From NCBI GenBank assembly GCA_050951325.1, contig JBMNIW010000008.1:256001-320000 (forward strand): 64,000 nucleotides of DNA, read 5' to 3'. The position numbers and the translations under genes were made by a program. The DNA comes from Clostridia bacterium (GTDB taxonomy: Bacteria; Bacillota; Clostridia; UBA1212; DUPL01). The notes below the pieces were generated by a model, which was not told where the DNA came from, did no database searches, and saw only the letters and a program-made list of their open reading frames with translations. Shown one piece after another: positions 30,616-40,954 of the stretch; position 1 is the stretch's first letter; each line of letters begins with the position of its first letter.

Positions 30616-30636
30616 ACCACACCTCACAAAAATATA

Positions 30637-31533
30637 TTAAATATCCAATGGAATTTCTTCTTCCGAAGGACTTTCCAGCAATACTTCCGGATTACTCAGA
30701 AGCTCTTTAAAAAATTCAATGGAACGTATGTAATAAAAGCCGTTCGACACTCTTTCATCAAGCGTTACCGTAAAATTCATCTTGTATCTATCGCCTTCAG
30801 GATAAATCTTGCCCATTACTACAAATAAGGAACAAGTACCTCTTTCATACAAATGATGGAAAGGAACATTGACAAGGTTTATGCTGCCCAGGTTGCTTAC
30901 AAAAGCGCTTGACTGCATTGGATCCACCTTCTCCAAAGATTTTGGAAACAAGTCAAACTTCAACAATAAATCCATGAGCCCCTTGAATCCCCTGAGCATG
31001 AAAGTTGGCAGCTTGAAAAGAGCATTCAATACATCCGTGGTATCATCATCGCCCTCTTTTGCTTCCCTGATACCGCCCTGCAGTTTCCTCATAACATCAT
31101 CAAGATTCGCAGTCCTTTTGAAAACCGCAAGCACATCGGTTTCAGGCGCATCTTCCGTCATATCCTTTTTCGCCACAAAACAAAGCTTTATATTCCTCCT
31201 CTGATATATTTTGCCTGAAGAAATGAAACGATTAAGATGAGGACGCATTGCCAGGGTCCTAACCAGCGCAGCCATGAACACTCCGAAATATGTATACTTT
31301 CTTATTCCCTTCTCCCGTTTTGCCTGCTCATCCTCGTTCATCCTTTTCACAAAATCAACCAGGTTTGTAGCATCAATAGTTTCACTGAAATATATGCAGG
31401 AAACATTTCTGCCAGGCATCAAAACAGGAACTATGTTCATATATGGATCTATATTCCTAACCCTCCAGCCATCCTTTCTGTCACCAAACTTTCTTGGTCT
31501 GTCGAACTTGCTTTTCTGCGTCTCCTTTGACAT
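30637..31533 (-). CDS. Stand-alone 2-oxoacid dehydrogenase E2-like acyltransferase domain
   Basis: SNLGS; DERVSNG in place of DHRxxDG; no lipoyl domain. Confidence 0.7.
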   Translation of the reverse strand: MSKETQKSKFDRPRKFGDRKDGWRVRNIDPYMNIVPVLMPGRNVSCIYFSETIDATNLVDFVKRMNEDEQAKREKGIRKYTYFGVFMAALVRTLAMRPHLNRFISSGKIYQRRNIKLCFVAKKDMTEDAPETDVLAVFKRTANLDDVMRKLQGGIREAKEGDDDTTDVLNALFKLPTFMLRGFKGLMDLLLKFDLFPKSLEKVDPMQSSAFVSNLGSINLVNVPFHHLYERGTCSLFVVMGKIYPEGDRYKMNFTVTLDERVSNGFYYIRSIEFFKELLSNPEVLLESPSEEEIPLDI

Positions 31534-31547
31534 TTCACACCATCCTT

Positions 31548-32207
31548 CTATAATTTGTCCACTACTTCTCCCAACCTCTTGTATATGCTGTTTTCCTTCA
31601 CATATCCTCTTACGCACGACAAGGGATAAATATTCGTATTACGTCCGATAATTGTTCCAGGATTAAGAACCGTATTGCACCCTACTTCCACAAAATCTCC
31701 AACCAATGCACCAAACTTTCTCAAATTGGTTGGGATTATGCTGCCATCTTCCATCCTCACAGATATGTTCTTCTTGTCCGACTTTACATTCGAAGTAATG
31801 ACTCCCGCACCGAAATGGGCTTTGTAGCCTAGAATGGAATCTCCTACATAATTGAAATGGGGTACCTGCGCATCATTAAACAGAATGGAATTCTTTACCT
31901 CAGTCGAATTCCCTACAACAGCATCTTCACCTACAATAACATTGCCTCTAATGTAAGCACAATGCCTTATCTCTGCTCCCCTGCATATGATTGCAGGACC
32001 TTCTATACAGGCTGTAAGACTAATTTTCGCACTATTTGCAACCCATACATTTTCTTTTATCTGCACAAAGTCATATGGAAGTAAAAGAGCTGCCTCAAGA
32101 ATATATTTGCCAATATCCTTAAGGCATTCCCATGGAAACTCATAGTTTTTAAGCAAATCACCTGCTATGGACTTGTCTAGAGAAAAAAGTTTTGAGGTTA
32201 GATTCAT
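31548..32207 (-). CDS. GlmU C-terminal-like hexapeptide-repeat acyltransferase
   Basis: VPHFNYVGDSILG, GAGVITSN, KFGALVGD. Confidence 0.8.
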   Translation of the reverse strand: MNLTSKLFSLDKSIAGDLLKNYEFPWECLKDIGKYILEAALLLPYDFVQIKENVWVANSAKISLTACIEGPAIICRGAEIRHCAYIRGNVIVGEDAVVGNSTEVKNSILFNDAQVPHFNYVGDSILGYKAHFGAGVITSNVKSDKKNISVRMEDGSIIPTNLRKFGALVGDFVEVGCNTVLNPGTIIGRNTNIYPLSCVRGYVKENSIYKRLGEVVDKL

Positions 32208-32242
32208 AAGACACTTCCTTGTTTTTTCTCATTATATATTCT

Positions 32243-33142
32243 TTATTCAAAAAGTTCAATATGAGCGCAATATTTTTCAAGAAGTCTTATTGGTTTGTAA
32301 GACAGCTTTGATTTTCTAAGACCGGGATCTCCCACATCTTCCTCCCTGTTAATATATATCACGCCGTCGGTTGCATAGTCTTTGGCAAACTCACTTACAA
32401 TCATCTGATAGGAGCCGTGGTAATCGGTAACAGCCCTCTCCACATGTACAAAAAGAGTATCCTTAACCACCTCTCCCAGTGCAAAAGCAATCACTTCACC
32501 ATCCACTTCAATAAATCCACCAAGATGGTTGAAACTCAAAAAGTAGTTCAAATACTCCCTTGCCCTTCTTGCCTCCTTCAGTTCCGAACTGGAAGCGTCA
32601 TCGGATGGTACGAAATACTTATCAAAAGCCTCGACGACCCTGCCCAGATTCTCTTGTGTAATCCTATGATATTTGTGGTTTGGATATTCACGCTTGAACC
32701 TGTTTACATGGTTCCTCTGACCGTGGTACTTCTTCCCTTTGAATGTTTTCAAGCTTTCTGCATTATACAGATAATCATACCAGTCCCTGCTGGTTATAAA
32801 GTGGCATTTGTCACCATATCGAAACTTAACATACTCCATTGCCTTTTCGGGCAGGGTACAGAACTTCAGCTCCAAGCCATTTGCTCTTGTGTACTCCTCT
32901 ATTGCCTTCATCGCCTCATCGGTGGAGCCTTTGCCTATGGGATAGCTGAAACTTGTCCCTCTTGTAGGATATGCCACCTTGAATATAAGCATATCCTTGT
33001 GTATAGCAAATTCTGAATAGAAATAGTCTCTCCACATGTATATTGCGCCTGCTGTAAAATCACAGGTTCTAAACTCCTGATATTTCAGATACTCACCAAG
33101 TCTATTTATATCAGAAAGTTCCACTTCCTTGAAATTAAGCAT
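32243..33142 (-). CDS. DUF2156 / aminoacyl-phosphatidylglycerol-synthase-like GNAT protein
   Basis: DYLY, GKKYHGQRNHVNRF, YINREEDVG.PGLRKSKLSY. Confidence 0.85.
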   Translation of the reverse strand: MLNFKEVELSDINRLGEYLKYQEFRTCDFTAGAIYMWRDYFYSEFAIHKDMLIFKVAYPTRGTSFSYPIGKGSTDEAMKAIEEYTRANGLELKFCTLPEKAMEYVKFRYGDKCHFITSRDWYDYLYNAESLKTFKGKKYHGQRNHVNRFKREYPNHKYHRITQENLGRVVEAFDKYFVPSDDASSSELKEARRAREYLNYFLSFNHLGGFIEVDGEVIAFALGEVVKDTLFVHVERAVTDYHGSYQMIVSEFAKDYATDGVIYINREEDVGDPGLRKSKLSYKPIRLLEKYCAHIELFE

Positions 33143-33301
33143 AAGTCCTCCTTGATTAATCATAATACATTCGCCCTATTATACCATATCGGCATTTTTT
33201 TCACATTCATACATTTTTAACACCAAACTGTTGATTAAATATTTAAAAAAAGATATATTTGATTCTATGATAATTATTATGAAGTGGAGGAAATATATCG
33301 G

Positions 33302-35101
33302 ATGCTTGTTCGACTGATTAAATACTTTAAAAAGTACAAATTTTATGCTATTTTATGCCCTATACTAATGCTGGTGGAAGTATTGTGCGATGTGCTCATG
33401 CCCTACATGATGGCCTTGATAGTAAACCGGGTCAGCGATTCTGTAAGGGCGAACACAAGTTTCACAAATGATGACACAAGATATATTATAACCATAGGGG
33501 CAATAATGATACTCCTGGCATTGATTGCACTGCTGTGCGGAGCTATTGCCGCCCGTCTTGCAGCGGTAGCCGCCCAAGGAGGAGGCACCGAACTCCGATA
33601 TGACCTTTTCAAACAGATACAAACTTTTTCCTTTGCGGATTTGGACAAATTCAGTGTTCCATCACTGATTACAAGACTTACAACAGACATAACCAATATT
33701 CAAATGGCAGGCATGATGTCTTTAAGGATGCTGATACGGGCACCCTTTATGCTGCTTTTCGCTTTAATACTTGCATTAAACATAAACAGCGAGCTTGCCT
33801 TGGTATTCCTTGTCGCAATTCCAATACTGGGCATCGCCCTTTATTTCATAATCACAACTGCCCACCCAAGGTTCAGAAAACTTCAGAAGAAATTCGATGC
33901 CCTCAATGCCTCCATCCAGGAAAACCTTACAGGCATAAGGGTTGTAAAGAGTTTTGTGCGCGAGGATTATGAGAAGGAAAAGTTCAAAAAATCAAATGAC
34001 GACTTTACCAATACTGCCATCGGAGCTGTAAAGGTGGTCATATTCACCATGCCCTTGATGCAGCTTGTAATTTACGGATGTATAGTTGCAATCCTCTGGT
34101 TTGGCAGCGGCATGGTGGCAGACACCACTATCACCAGAATACTTACCGGTGCGGAAAGCGCATCAGGCATGCAGGCAGGCGACCTTATAAGTTTTATCTC
34201 CTATGTCACCCAGATACTCATATCACTGATGATGATATCTTTTCTTTTCCTCATGTTTGTACGCTCGAAAGCATCAGCGGAGCGTGTATTTGAGGTAATG
34301 GATACCGAGTCAACAATAAAAGATCCTGAGAATCCTGTTATGGAAGTAAAAGATGGATCAATTGTTTTTAATAATGTGAGCTTTAGATATGAGGAAGGAA
34401 AAGGCGAAGATACATTGTCAGGCATTAATCTTTCCATTGCGTCTGGCGAGAACATAGGAATAATCGGAGCCACTGGCTCTGCAAAGTCAACTCTTGTCCA
34501 GCTTATTCCAAGGCTGTATGACGTAATCCAGGGAGAAGTTTTGGTAGGTGGAGTCAATGTAAAAGAGTACTCCTTGAAAAGTTTAAGAGATGCCGTGGCA
34601 ATGGTTTTGCAGAAGAACACCCTATTTTCGGGAACTGTAAGAGACAATATGAAATGGGGTAATGAAGACGCCACAGATGAAGAAATAATCGAAGCATTAA
34701 AGCAAGCCCAGGCATGGCCTTTTGTAAGCAAGCTGGAAAAAGGTCTTGACCACTGGGTTGAACAAGGCGGCACAAACTTTTCAGGAGGACAGAAACAAAG
34801 ACTCTGTATAGCCAGATCCTTGTTGAAAAAACCAAAGGTAATTATACTGGATGACTCCACAAGTGCTGTAGACATGGCAACGGATTCGAAAATACGCGCT
34901 TCTTTCAAAGAGAACCTGAAAGGAATTACTGTGATAATAATTGCACAAAGAGTAAGATCCATATCTCACTGCGACAGGATAATTGTCATGGATGATGGCA
35001 AAATAAATGCAATAGGAACACATGAGGAGCTTCTTGAAAATTGCGAGATATATGAAGACATATACAATTCACAGCAGGAAGGAGTGCTTGCAGATGCATA
35101 G
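33302..35101 (+). CDS. ABC exporter half-transporter (degenerate site)
   Basis: GATGSAKS, FSGGQKQR, LDDSTSA, IAQR. Confidence 0.92.
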   Translation: MLVRLIKYFKKYKFYAILCPILMLVEVLCDVLMPYMMALIVNRVSDSVRANTSFTNDDTRYIITIGAIMILLALIALLCGAIAARLAAVAAQGGGTELRYDLFKQIQTFSFADLDKFSVPSLITRLTTDITNIQMAGMMSLRMLIRAPFMLLFALILALNINSELALVFLVAIPILGIALYFIITTAHPRFRKLQKKFDALNASIQENLTGIRVVKSFVREDYEKEKFKKSNDDFTNTAIGAVKVVIFTMPLMQLVIYGCIVAILWFGSGMVADTTITRILTGAESASGMQAGDLISFISYVTQILISLMMISFLFLMFVRSKASAERVFEVMDTESTIKDPENPVMEVKDGSIVFNNVSFRYEEGKGEDTLSGINLSIASGENIGIIGATGSAKSTLVQLIPRLYDVIQGEVLVGGVNVKEYSLKSLRDAVAMVLQKNTLFSGTVRDNMKWGNEDATDEEIIEALKQAQAWPFVSKLEKGLDHWVEQGGTNFSGGQKQRLCIARSLLKKPKVIILDDSTSAVDMATDSKIRASFKENLKGITVIIIAQRVRSISHCDRIIVMDDGKINAIGTHEELLENCEIYEDIYNSQQEGVLADA

Positions 35102-37049
35102 AAAAACACATGTAGAGAATAAACCTAAAAACGCTATGAAAACTCTTGCGCGCATGTATAAATACATGTCCGGACACACAATAGGGCTTGTATTTGCAAT
35201 AATCTTAATCATTTTCAGCTCTTTGGCAGGAATTATAGGCACTTCACTGCTGAGACCACTCATAAACAACCTGATGAATAATATAAAGTTGCTGATGGAT
35301 GCAGGCCATGATGCAAATACAGCAAAAGAAATTATCATGTCGGGAGTGTTCGACACCCTCGTCATTATGATTGTTGTCTATGTTCTCGGAGCTTTGTCCA
35401 CATATTTTGGCAACAGACTGCTCCTTATCATATCGCAAAAGACTACCAACAGAATAAGGAAAGAACTGTTCGATCATTTGCAAAGTCTGCCCGTAGGTTT
35501 CTTTGACAGAAACACACACGGAGAACTAATGAGCCGTTTCACAAACGACATGGAACACATCACCATGGCTCTTGAGCAAAGCCTGTCCCAGACAATTACA
35601 TCTGCAATTACAATTGTAGGAACCTTCATTATGATGGTCTACTACAGCCCCTTCCTTACAATATTCGTAATCCTTATGCTTTTTGTAATGCTCAGGGTTG
35701 TCAAAATTGTAGGTAAAAAGAGCGCAGTTAACTTTAGAAACCAGCAGAAAAGTCTTGGTGAGCTGAACGGTTTCATAGAAGAAATGATGGAAGGACAGAA
35801 AGTCGTAAAGATATTCAATCACGAAGAGAAAAACCAGAGCGAATTTGAAGCGCTTAATGAAGAACTCAGAAAGGCATCTACAGATGCCCAGACATATGCA
35901 GGAATACTTATGCCCATCATGGGAAATCTGTCTTATGTACAGTATGCAATTACCGCATGTGTAGGAGCTCTCCTAATTGCAAACCCTGTAAATCTTGCCT
36001 TCTTTGCCATGGACGTGGGAACGCTGGCATCTTTCCTCCAGTTTACAAGAGCGTTTTCACAGCCAATAACACAGATTGCAAACCAGACCAACACGCTTCT
36101 TGCCGCCCTTGCCGGTGCGGAAAGAATCTTTGCTGTGCTTGACGAGGAGCCCGAGGAGGACAATGGAAAAACCACACTGGCGGTTGCAAAAAGGAATGAG
36201 AACAACGAGCTTGTTCATGTCGACAAACCCTTTGTTGACATGACCCAGTGCCAGAAGGAGAATCTAATTCCTGTATGGAAAACTCCGACTCCTGATGGCT
36301 ACAAGCTTACCGAGCTAAAAGGAGATGTAAGATTCAATAATGTTGTGTTTGGATATGTGGAGGATGTTATTGTTCTAAAGAATCTTTCACTTTACGCAAA
36401 GCCCGGTCAGAAGATTGCTTTTGTCGGATCAACGGGTGCTGGAAAAACCACAGTCACGAACCTTTTGAACCGTTTTTATGAAATAAAGGAAGGAACTATA
36501 ACGTATGACGGAATAGATATAAGGGATATAAAGAAGGCGGACCTTAGAAGGACATTGGGTTTCGTTCTGCAGGATGTGCATCTTTTTGAGGGAACCATAA
36601 AGGACAATATCAGGTACGGAAGGCTGGATGCCAGCGACGAAGAAGTTGTCCAGAGCGCAAAGATTGCAAATGCCCACTCCTTTATAAAAAGGCTTCCACA
36701 AGGCTATGACACCATATTGACCAAAGACGGCATAAATCTGTCCCAGGGTCAAAAGCAGCTTGTATCCATTGCAAGAGCAGCCATATCAGACCCTCCGGTG
36801 CTTGTACTTGACGAAGCAACAAGCTCCATCGATACTAGGACGGAGAAGCTCATAGAAAAAGGAATGGATACATTGATGAAAGACAGGACCACTTTCGTTA
36901 TTGCCCACAGGCTGTCTACTGTGAGAAATGCGAATGCCATCATGGTTATTGAAAACGGTGAAATTATAGAGCGTGGAGACCATGAGGATTTGCTTGACCT
37001 AAAAGGCAGATACTACAACCTGTATACCGGCATGAGCGAGCTATCGTAA
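35094..37049 (+). CDS. ABC exporter half-transporter (consensus site)
   Basis: GSTGAGKT, LSQGQKQ, LDEATS, IAHR. Confidence 0.92.
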   Translation: MHRKTHVENKPKNAMKTLARMYKYMSGHTIGLVFAIILIIFSSLAGIIGTSLLRPLINNLMNNIKLLMDAGHDANTAKEIIMSGVFDTLVIMIVVYVLGALSTYFGNRLLLIISQKTTNRIRKELFDHLQSLPVGFFDRNTHGELMSRFTNDMEHITMALEQSLSQTITSAITIVGTFIMMVYYSPFLTIFVILMLFVMLRVVKIVGKKSAVNFRNQQKSLGELNGFIEEMMEGQKVVKIFNHEEKNQSEFEALNEELRKASTDAQTYAGILMPIMGNLSYVQYAITACVGALLIANPVNLAFFAMDVGTLASFLQFTRAFSQPITQIANQTNTLLAALAGAERIFAVLDEEPEEDNGKTTLAVAKRNENNELVHVDKPFVDMTQCQKENLIPVWKTPTPDGYKLTELKGDVRFNNVVFGYVEDVIVLKNLSLYAKPGQKIAFVGSTGAGKTTVTNLLNRFYEIKEGTITYDGIDIRDIKKADLRRTLGFVLQDVHLFEGTIKDNIRYGRLDASDEEVVQSAKIANAHSFIKRLPQGYDTILTKDGINLSQGQKQLVSIARAAISDPPVLVLDEATSSIDTRTEKLIEKGMDTLMKDRTTFVIAHRLSTVRNANAIMVIENGEIIERGDHEDLLDLKGRYYNLYTGMSELS

Positions 37050-37129
37050 TGTTAATTTGAATTAAACATTGAAAATTTTCTATTAATCATTATAATATAT
37101 TTATCAACAATAATTTGATGAGGTGTGAT

Positions 37130-39844
37130 ATGTGGAAAATACTTAAAATAATCATTTGCTTAGTCATTTGCCTTGGTATACTTGTACCCGCTCAGGGCGA
37201 GTCGGGATTTGAACCAAGGGACACTAAAGCATACGAATCCGTAGAGAATGTCTACAAAATGGATTTTTCCGTATCCGACTTGAAAGAATACACAAGCAAG
37301 GATGAATGGGCAATATCCTCAGCCTCCAGTGCCGTTATAGAGAATGGCAAGCTGACATGCAAGTCTGGAAGGTCATTTTCAATAAGGCCCGGGTTTACAA
37401 TTGGAGACGACTACGGCCTTGAGCCAGGATACTTTACCTTCGACCTGGTCATGACAGGAGGACAGATATCAATAGGCACTAGGCTCTTTTCAAACGTAAC
37501 AATTAAAGGAACACAGGGCCTTTGGTTTACACTGACGAAGGACAACCTTGTGGTAGAGGATCCATCAACTAAATTGAAGGAAACGATTAATCACGGTATG
37601 GATTTGTCAACGGAACAGAATGTCAGAGTTCTTGACAATCTTGACACTATTGAATTTAGAATCAACGACACTGTTATTTGTAGTGTAACAATTGAAAACG
37701 AAAAACTTATGCTCTTCGATGCCAACGGAAACGAACTTGCAGCCATGAAGAATGAAACCGTTCCACATGCCGGCTACTTGAGAATGGATGTGGACAAGCT
37801 ACAGGGCTCATTGGACAATGTTGAGTATGCAAACAGACAAATAACACAAAAGTATGTAGAACGCCACGGCAGAGATATCGATTACTCCACCTGGTTTGCA
37901 GTGGACGATCTGGGAAGAAAAACTCCCGATAATGAAGAAGCAGGAAACAGAAAAAATGAAAAATATGTAGGTCTCTTTTACTTCATCAACCACGTTCACT
38001 CAAGTGGCGGAGAGATCCGCGACCATACAAAAATATATCTTGAACAGGGCCTTGATGCACTGAAAGCTTTCTTGCCAAACTCACCTGGAGGACACTGGGC
38101 AGAACCATATTTCGGTTACTACCTTTCCACCGATGAATGGATTTACAGAAAGCACGCAGCCATGTTCCAGGCCGCAGGCATAGACTTCATTTTCCTTGAC
38201 ATGTCAAACGCCCAGACTTTCCCTGAAAGCGTGAAGGTTCTTTTCGATACCTGGCTTGACATAAGAAGAAAAGGTGGCCAGACACCACAGATTGTGCCCA
38301 TGTGCGGAGACATGCCCGCTACATTGGTAATTGACATGTATACAATCAAGGATACCATCTTCTCTATTCCTGAATACGAGGAACTTCTGTTCAAGTGGGA
38401 TGGAAAACCTCTCATTCTTGGAAACAACGATAATCCAGAAGGCGATCTCTGGACCGTATCAGGCACAACACCTCAGACAAGAGAACAGTTCTACGAAGTT
38501 ATTAATTCTAATTCAAAGATAAAACAATTCTATGAAAGCGGAGAATTTGCAGAGTGGTTATCCAAGTTTACCATAAGAAAATGCTGGGCTTGGCAGGCCT
38601 CAAGATACGAGGAAGACAAATCATTTGCAGGATACTGGGATTGGCTTGACTGGCATCCACAGGCACCCGGAAGGAACTTCGATGGAGTAATCGAACAGAT
38701 CTCCGTTACCATGGGAACCCATGCTCACACCAGCACTGGCAGAAGCTATGTGGGAGAAAAAGATTACGGCAACGGACTACAGGATTTTGACTTTTCACTG
38801 GAAACATCAAAGTATGGACTTTGTTTTGAACAGCAGTTCAAACATGCTCTTAAAGAGAATCCTAAAGTAATAATGATTACAGGATGGAACGAGTGGTATG
38901 CGGGCGTTCAGAAGACACAGAACAAGCAGCAGACCACAGGACACACCCTGACTCCTGGTTACTACCTGGTTGACCAATTCAACCCTGAATTCAGCCGTGA
39001 CGGCGAACCAATGAAACTACGTACTGGAGTTGGATTCGGAGACAACTACTACTACCAGATGGTAAACTATATAAGGCAGTTCAAGGGAATGGACAAAACT
39101 CCAGTTGCTTCCGGACAGAAGACAATTGACATATCAAAGGGTATTTCCGAGTGGGCGGATGTAGGACCTGAGTTTAGGGATCACCTAAACGATACCACCT
39201 TCAGAAGGCACCTTTCATGGGGTGGCGTGTACACCTACATCAACAACACAGGAAGAAACGATCTTGATTATGCAAAGGTTTCGCAGGATGCGGACAATTT
39301 ATACTTCCTGATAGCCACTGCACATGATCTTGTAACTGTCGATGAAGACAACTGGATGAACCTGTTTATAAACACAGACATAAATCATGAAACCGGTTGG
39401 GAAGGTTATGACTTTGTACTGAACAGAAGCCGTGATGGCAAGACTGTTTCAGTTGAAAAGTTTGTAGACAACGATTGGGACTTTGAAAAAGTTGGAGATG
39501 CAGAATACTTCATGGGCGACAACTTCATCGCAATCAAGGTATCAAAGAGCATACTGGGTATAACTGAAGAACTGGCATCCTTTGATTTCAAGTGGGCTGA
39601 CAACTCCACAAAAACCGGTGATGTAATGCAGTTCATGGATATGGGCGACGCAGCTCCCGACTCAAGATTCGCTTTTAGATATTTGGGTACTGCACCTGCC
39701 ACAAAGAAATCTTCACCAAACTTCTTTGCAAATATTTTTAACCCTGCAAACTGGACCGCAGTCCACCTGGTGGTATTCAGTGTGATTGCAGCAGCAATAA
39801 TTATAGTTGTAGCAGTTATACTGGCAAAGCCGAAGAAAAAGTAA
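37130..39844 (+). CDS. Secreted membrane-anchored GH99/GH71-like putative glycoside hydrolase with N-terminal LamG-like module
   Basis: YVGLFYF, W.EPYFGYY, AGIDFIFLD, ITGWNEW, SRDGEP; TM plus KKK tail; TTGAAA-16-TATAAT upstream. Confidence 0.65.
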   Translation: MWKILKIIICLVICLGILVPAQGESGFEPRDTKAYESVENVYKMDFSVSDLKEYTSKDEWAISSASSAVIENGKLTCKSGRSFSIRPGFTIGDDYGLEPGYFTFDLVMTGGQISIGTRLFSNVTIKGTQGLWFTLTKDNLVVEDPSTKLKETINHGMDLSTEQNVRVLDNLDTIEFRINDTVICSVTIENEKLMLFDANGNELAAMKNETVPHAGYLRMDVDKLQGSLDNVEYANRQITQKYVERHGRDIDYSTWFAVDDLGRKTPDNEEAGNRKNEKYVGLFYFINHVHSSGGEIRDHTKIYLEQGLDALKAFLPNSPGGHWAEPYFGYYLSTDEWIYRKHAAMFQAAGIDFIFLDMSNAQTFPESVKVLFDTWLDIRRKGGQTPQIVPMCGDMPATLVIDMYTIKDTIFSIPEYEELLFKWDGKPLILGNNDNPEGDLWTVSGTTPQTREQFYEVINSNSKIKQFYESGEFAEWLSKFTIRKCWAWQASRYEEDKSFAGYWDWLDWHPQAPGRNFDGVIEQISVTMGTHAHTSTGRSYVGEKDYGNGLQDFDFSLETSKYGLCFEQQFKHALKENPKVIMITGWNEWYAGVQKTQNKQQTTGHTLTPGYYLVDQFNPEFSRDGEPMKLRTGVGFGDNYYYQMVNYIRQFKGMDKTPVASGQKTIDISKGISEWADVGPEFRDHLNDTTFRRHLSWGGVYTYINNTGRNDLDYAKVSQDADNLYFLIATAHDLVTVDEDNWMNLFINTDINHETGWEGYDFVLNRSRDGKTVSVEKFVDNDWDFEKVGDAEYFMGDNFIAIKVSKSILGITEELASFDFKWADNSTKTGDVMQFMDMGDAAPDSRFAFRYLGTAPATKKSSPNFFANIFNPANWTAVHLVVFSVIAAAIIIVVAVILAKPKKK

Positions 39845-39852
39845 GCATAAGA

Positions 39853-39882
39853 AACAGGTGAGCATGAATGCTCACCTGTTTT
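39853..39882. terminator. Bidirectional intrinsic terminator
   Basis: AAACAGGTGAGCAT-GA-ATGCTCACCTGTTT between convergent genes. Confidence 0.85.
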
Positions 39883-39909
39883 TTATGCTTGTCCATATTT
39901 ATTTCAAAT

Positions 39910-40806
39910 CTATGCAAAAGCTCTTATGCTGCTTGCCTTGGCGGATGTTCTCAGTTTCTTCATGGCCACACTTTCAATCTGCCTTACACGCTCTCTGGTT
40001 AGACCCAGGTCATAACCAATCTCCTCCAGCGTCTTTGGGGTTCTGCCGTTCAAACCAAATCTCTCTTGTATGATATATCCTTCCCTCTTGTCAAGTTTTT
40101 CAAGAACTTCCCTGACTGTATCACTAAGCAATATGTTCTTCGCTTCTTCATACACAGGATCTGGCGAATCGTCAGATGAGATGAAATCCATAAGCTCACT
40201 ATCTCCGTCTTCACCTATTGTGGTGTTGAGGGATGCAACATTCTTATCAAAGGTCTTGTACAACTTGTAATCCTTTTCAGAAAGTTTTACATGCTCTTTA
40301 AGTTCCTCGAAGGTTGGTTCCCTACCTTCCTGCTCCTTAAATGCTTCTATAGCCTTTGAAATTGCAATGAACTTTTCGCTCATGTGAACAGGAACTCTAA
40401 TGGTTCCTTCGTTGTCATATATATGTCTAACAATACTTTGTCTAATCCACCAGGTAGCATAAGTGCTGAAAGCATATCCTTTTTTATACTCGTATTTGTC
40501 AACAGCACGCATTAATCCTATGTTTCCTGCCTGAATCAAATCCATAATGGACTCTTCGACCTTGTACGTCTTCTTTATTATCTTGGCATATTTTACAACC
40601 AAACGAAGGTTGTGGACTACCAGCTTGTTGTATGCTTCCTTGTCCCCATCTCTTGTTCTCTTAAACAAATCTTCCACTTCTTTGGGTTCAAGCAATCTGT
40701 ACTTGCCAATTTCCCTAAGATATTGCTTAAGCGCACTGGTATCAACACGATCATCTTCCAAGTATTCCTGAGCTTCGTGGTCACTATATTCTAATCTTTC
40801 ACTCAT
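39910..40806 (-). CDS. RpoD/SigA-like sigma-70 factor lacking region 1.1
   Basis: YLREIG, NLRLVV, DLIQAGNIGL, FSTYATWWIRQ, TRERVRQIE; RBS AGGAGG before ATG 40806. Confidence 0.9.
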   Translation of the reverse strand: MSERLEYSDHEAQEYLEDDRVDTSALKQYLREIGKYRLLEPKEVEDLFKRTRDGDKEAYNKLVVHNLRLVVKYAKIIKKTYKVEESIMDLIQAGNIGLMRAVDKYEYKKGYAFSTYATWWIRQSIVRHIYDNEGTIRVPVHMSEKFIAISKAIEAFKEQEGREPTFEELKEHVKLSEKDYKLYKTFDKNVASLNTTIGEDGDSELMDFISSDDSPDPVYEEAKNILLSDTVREVLEKLDKREGYIIQERFGLNGRTPKTLEEIGYDLGLTRERVRQIESVAMKKLRTSAKASSIRAFA

Positions 40807-40954
40807 TTCGCCAACCTCCTTTAGAACATCAATTTGTCTATGCGTATAATTATATTTGGTGATATTAAATAATAAATAGTTTAAATATAAAGTAACACGC
40901 AACAAAAGTTAAACATTTCCTAAATTATCCTTTATGAACATGGTGACAAGCCAT

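Noticed and set aside
33302-37049. Degenerate motifs (LDDS, IAQR) in the first ABC subunit
   Set aside because: Normal asymmetric site of TM287/288-type heterodimeric exporters
39910-40905. Calling the sigma factor sigA/rpoD, or using the 331-aa start
   Set aside because: No region 1.1, no dnaG, diverged region 2.4; the RBS supports ATG 40806
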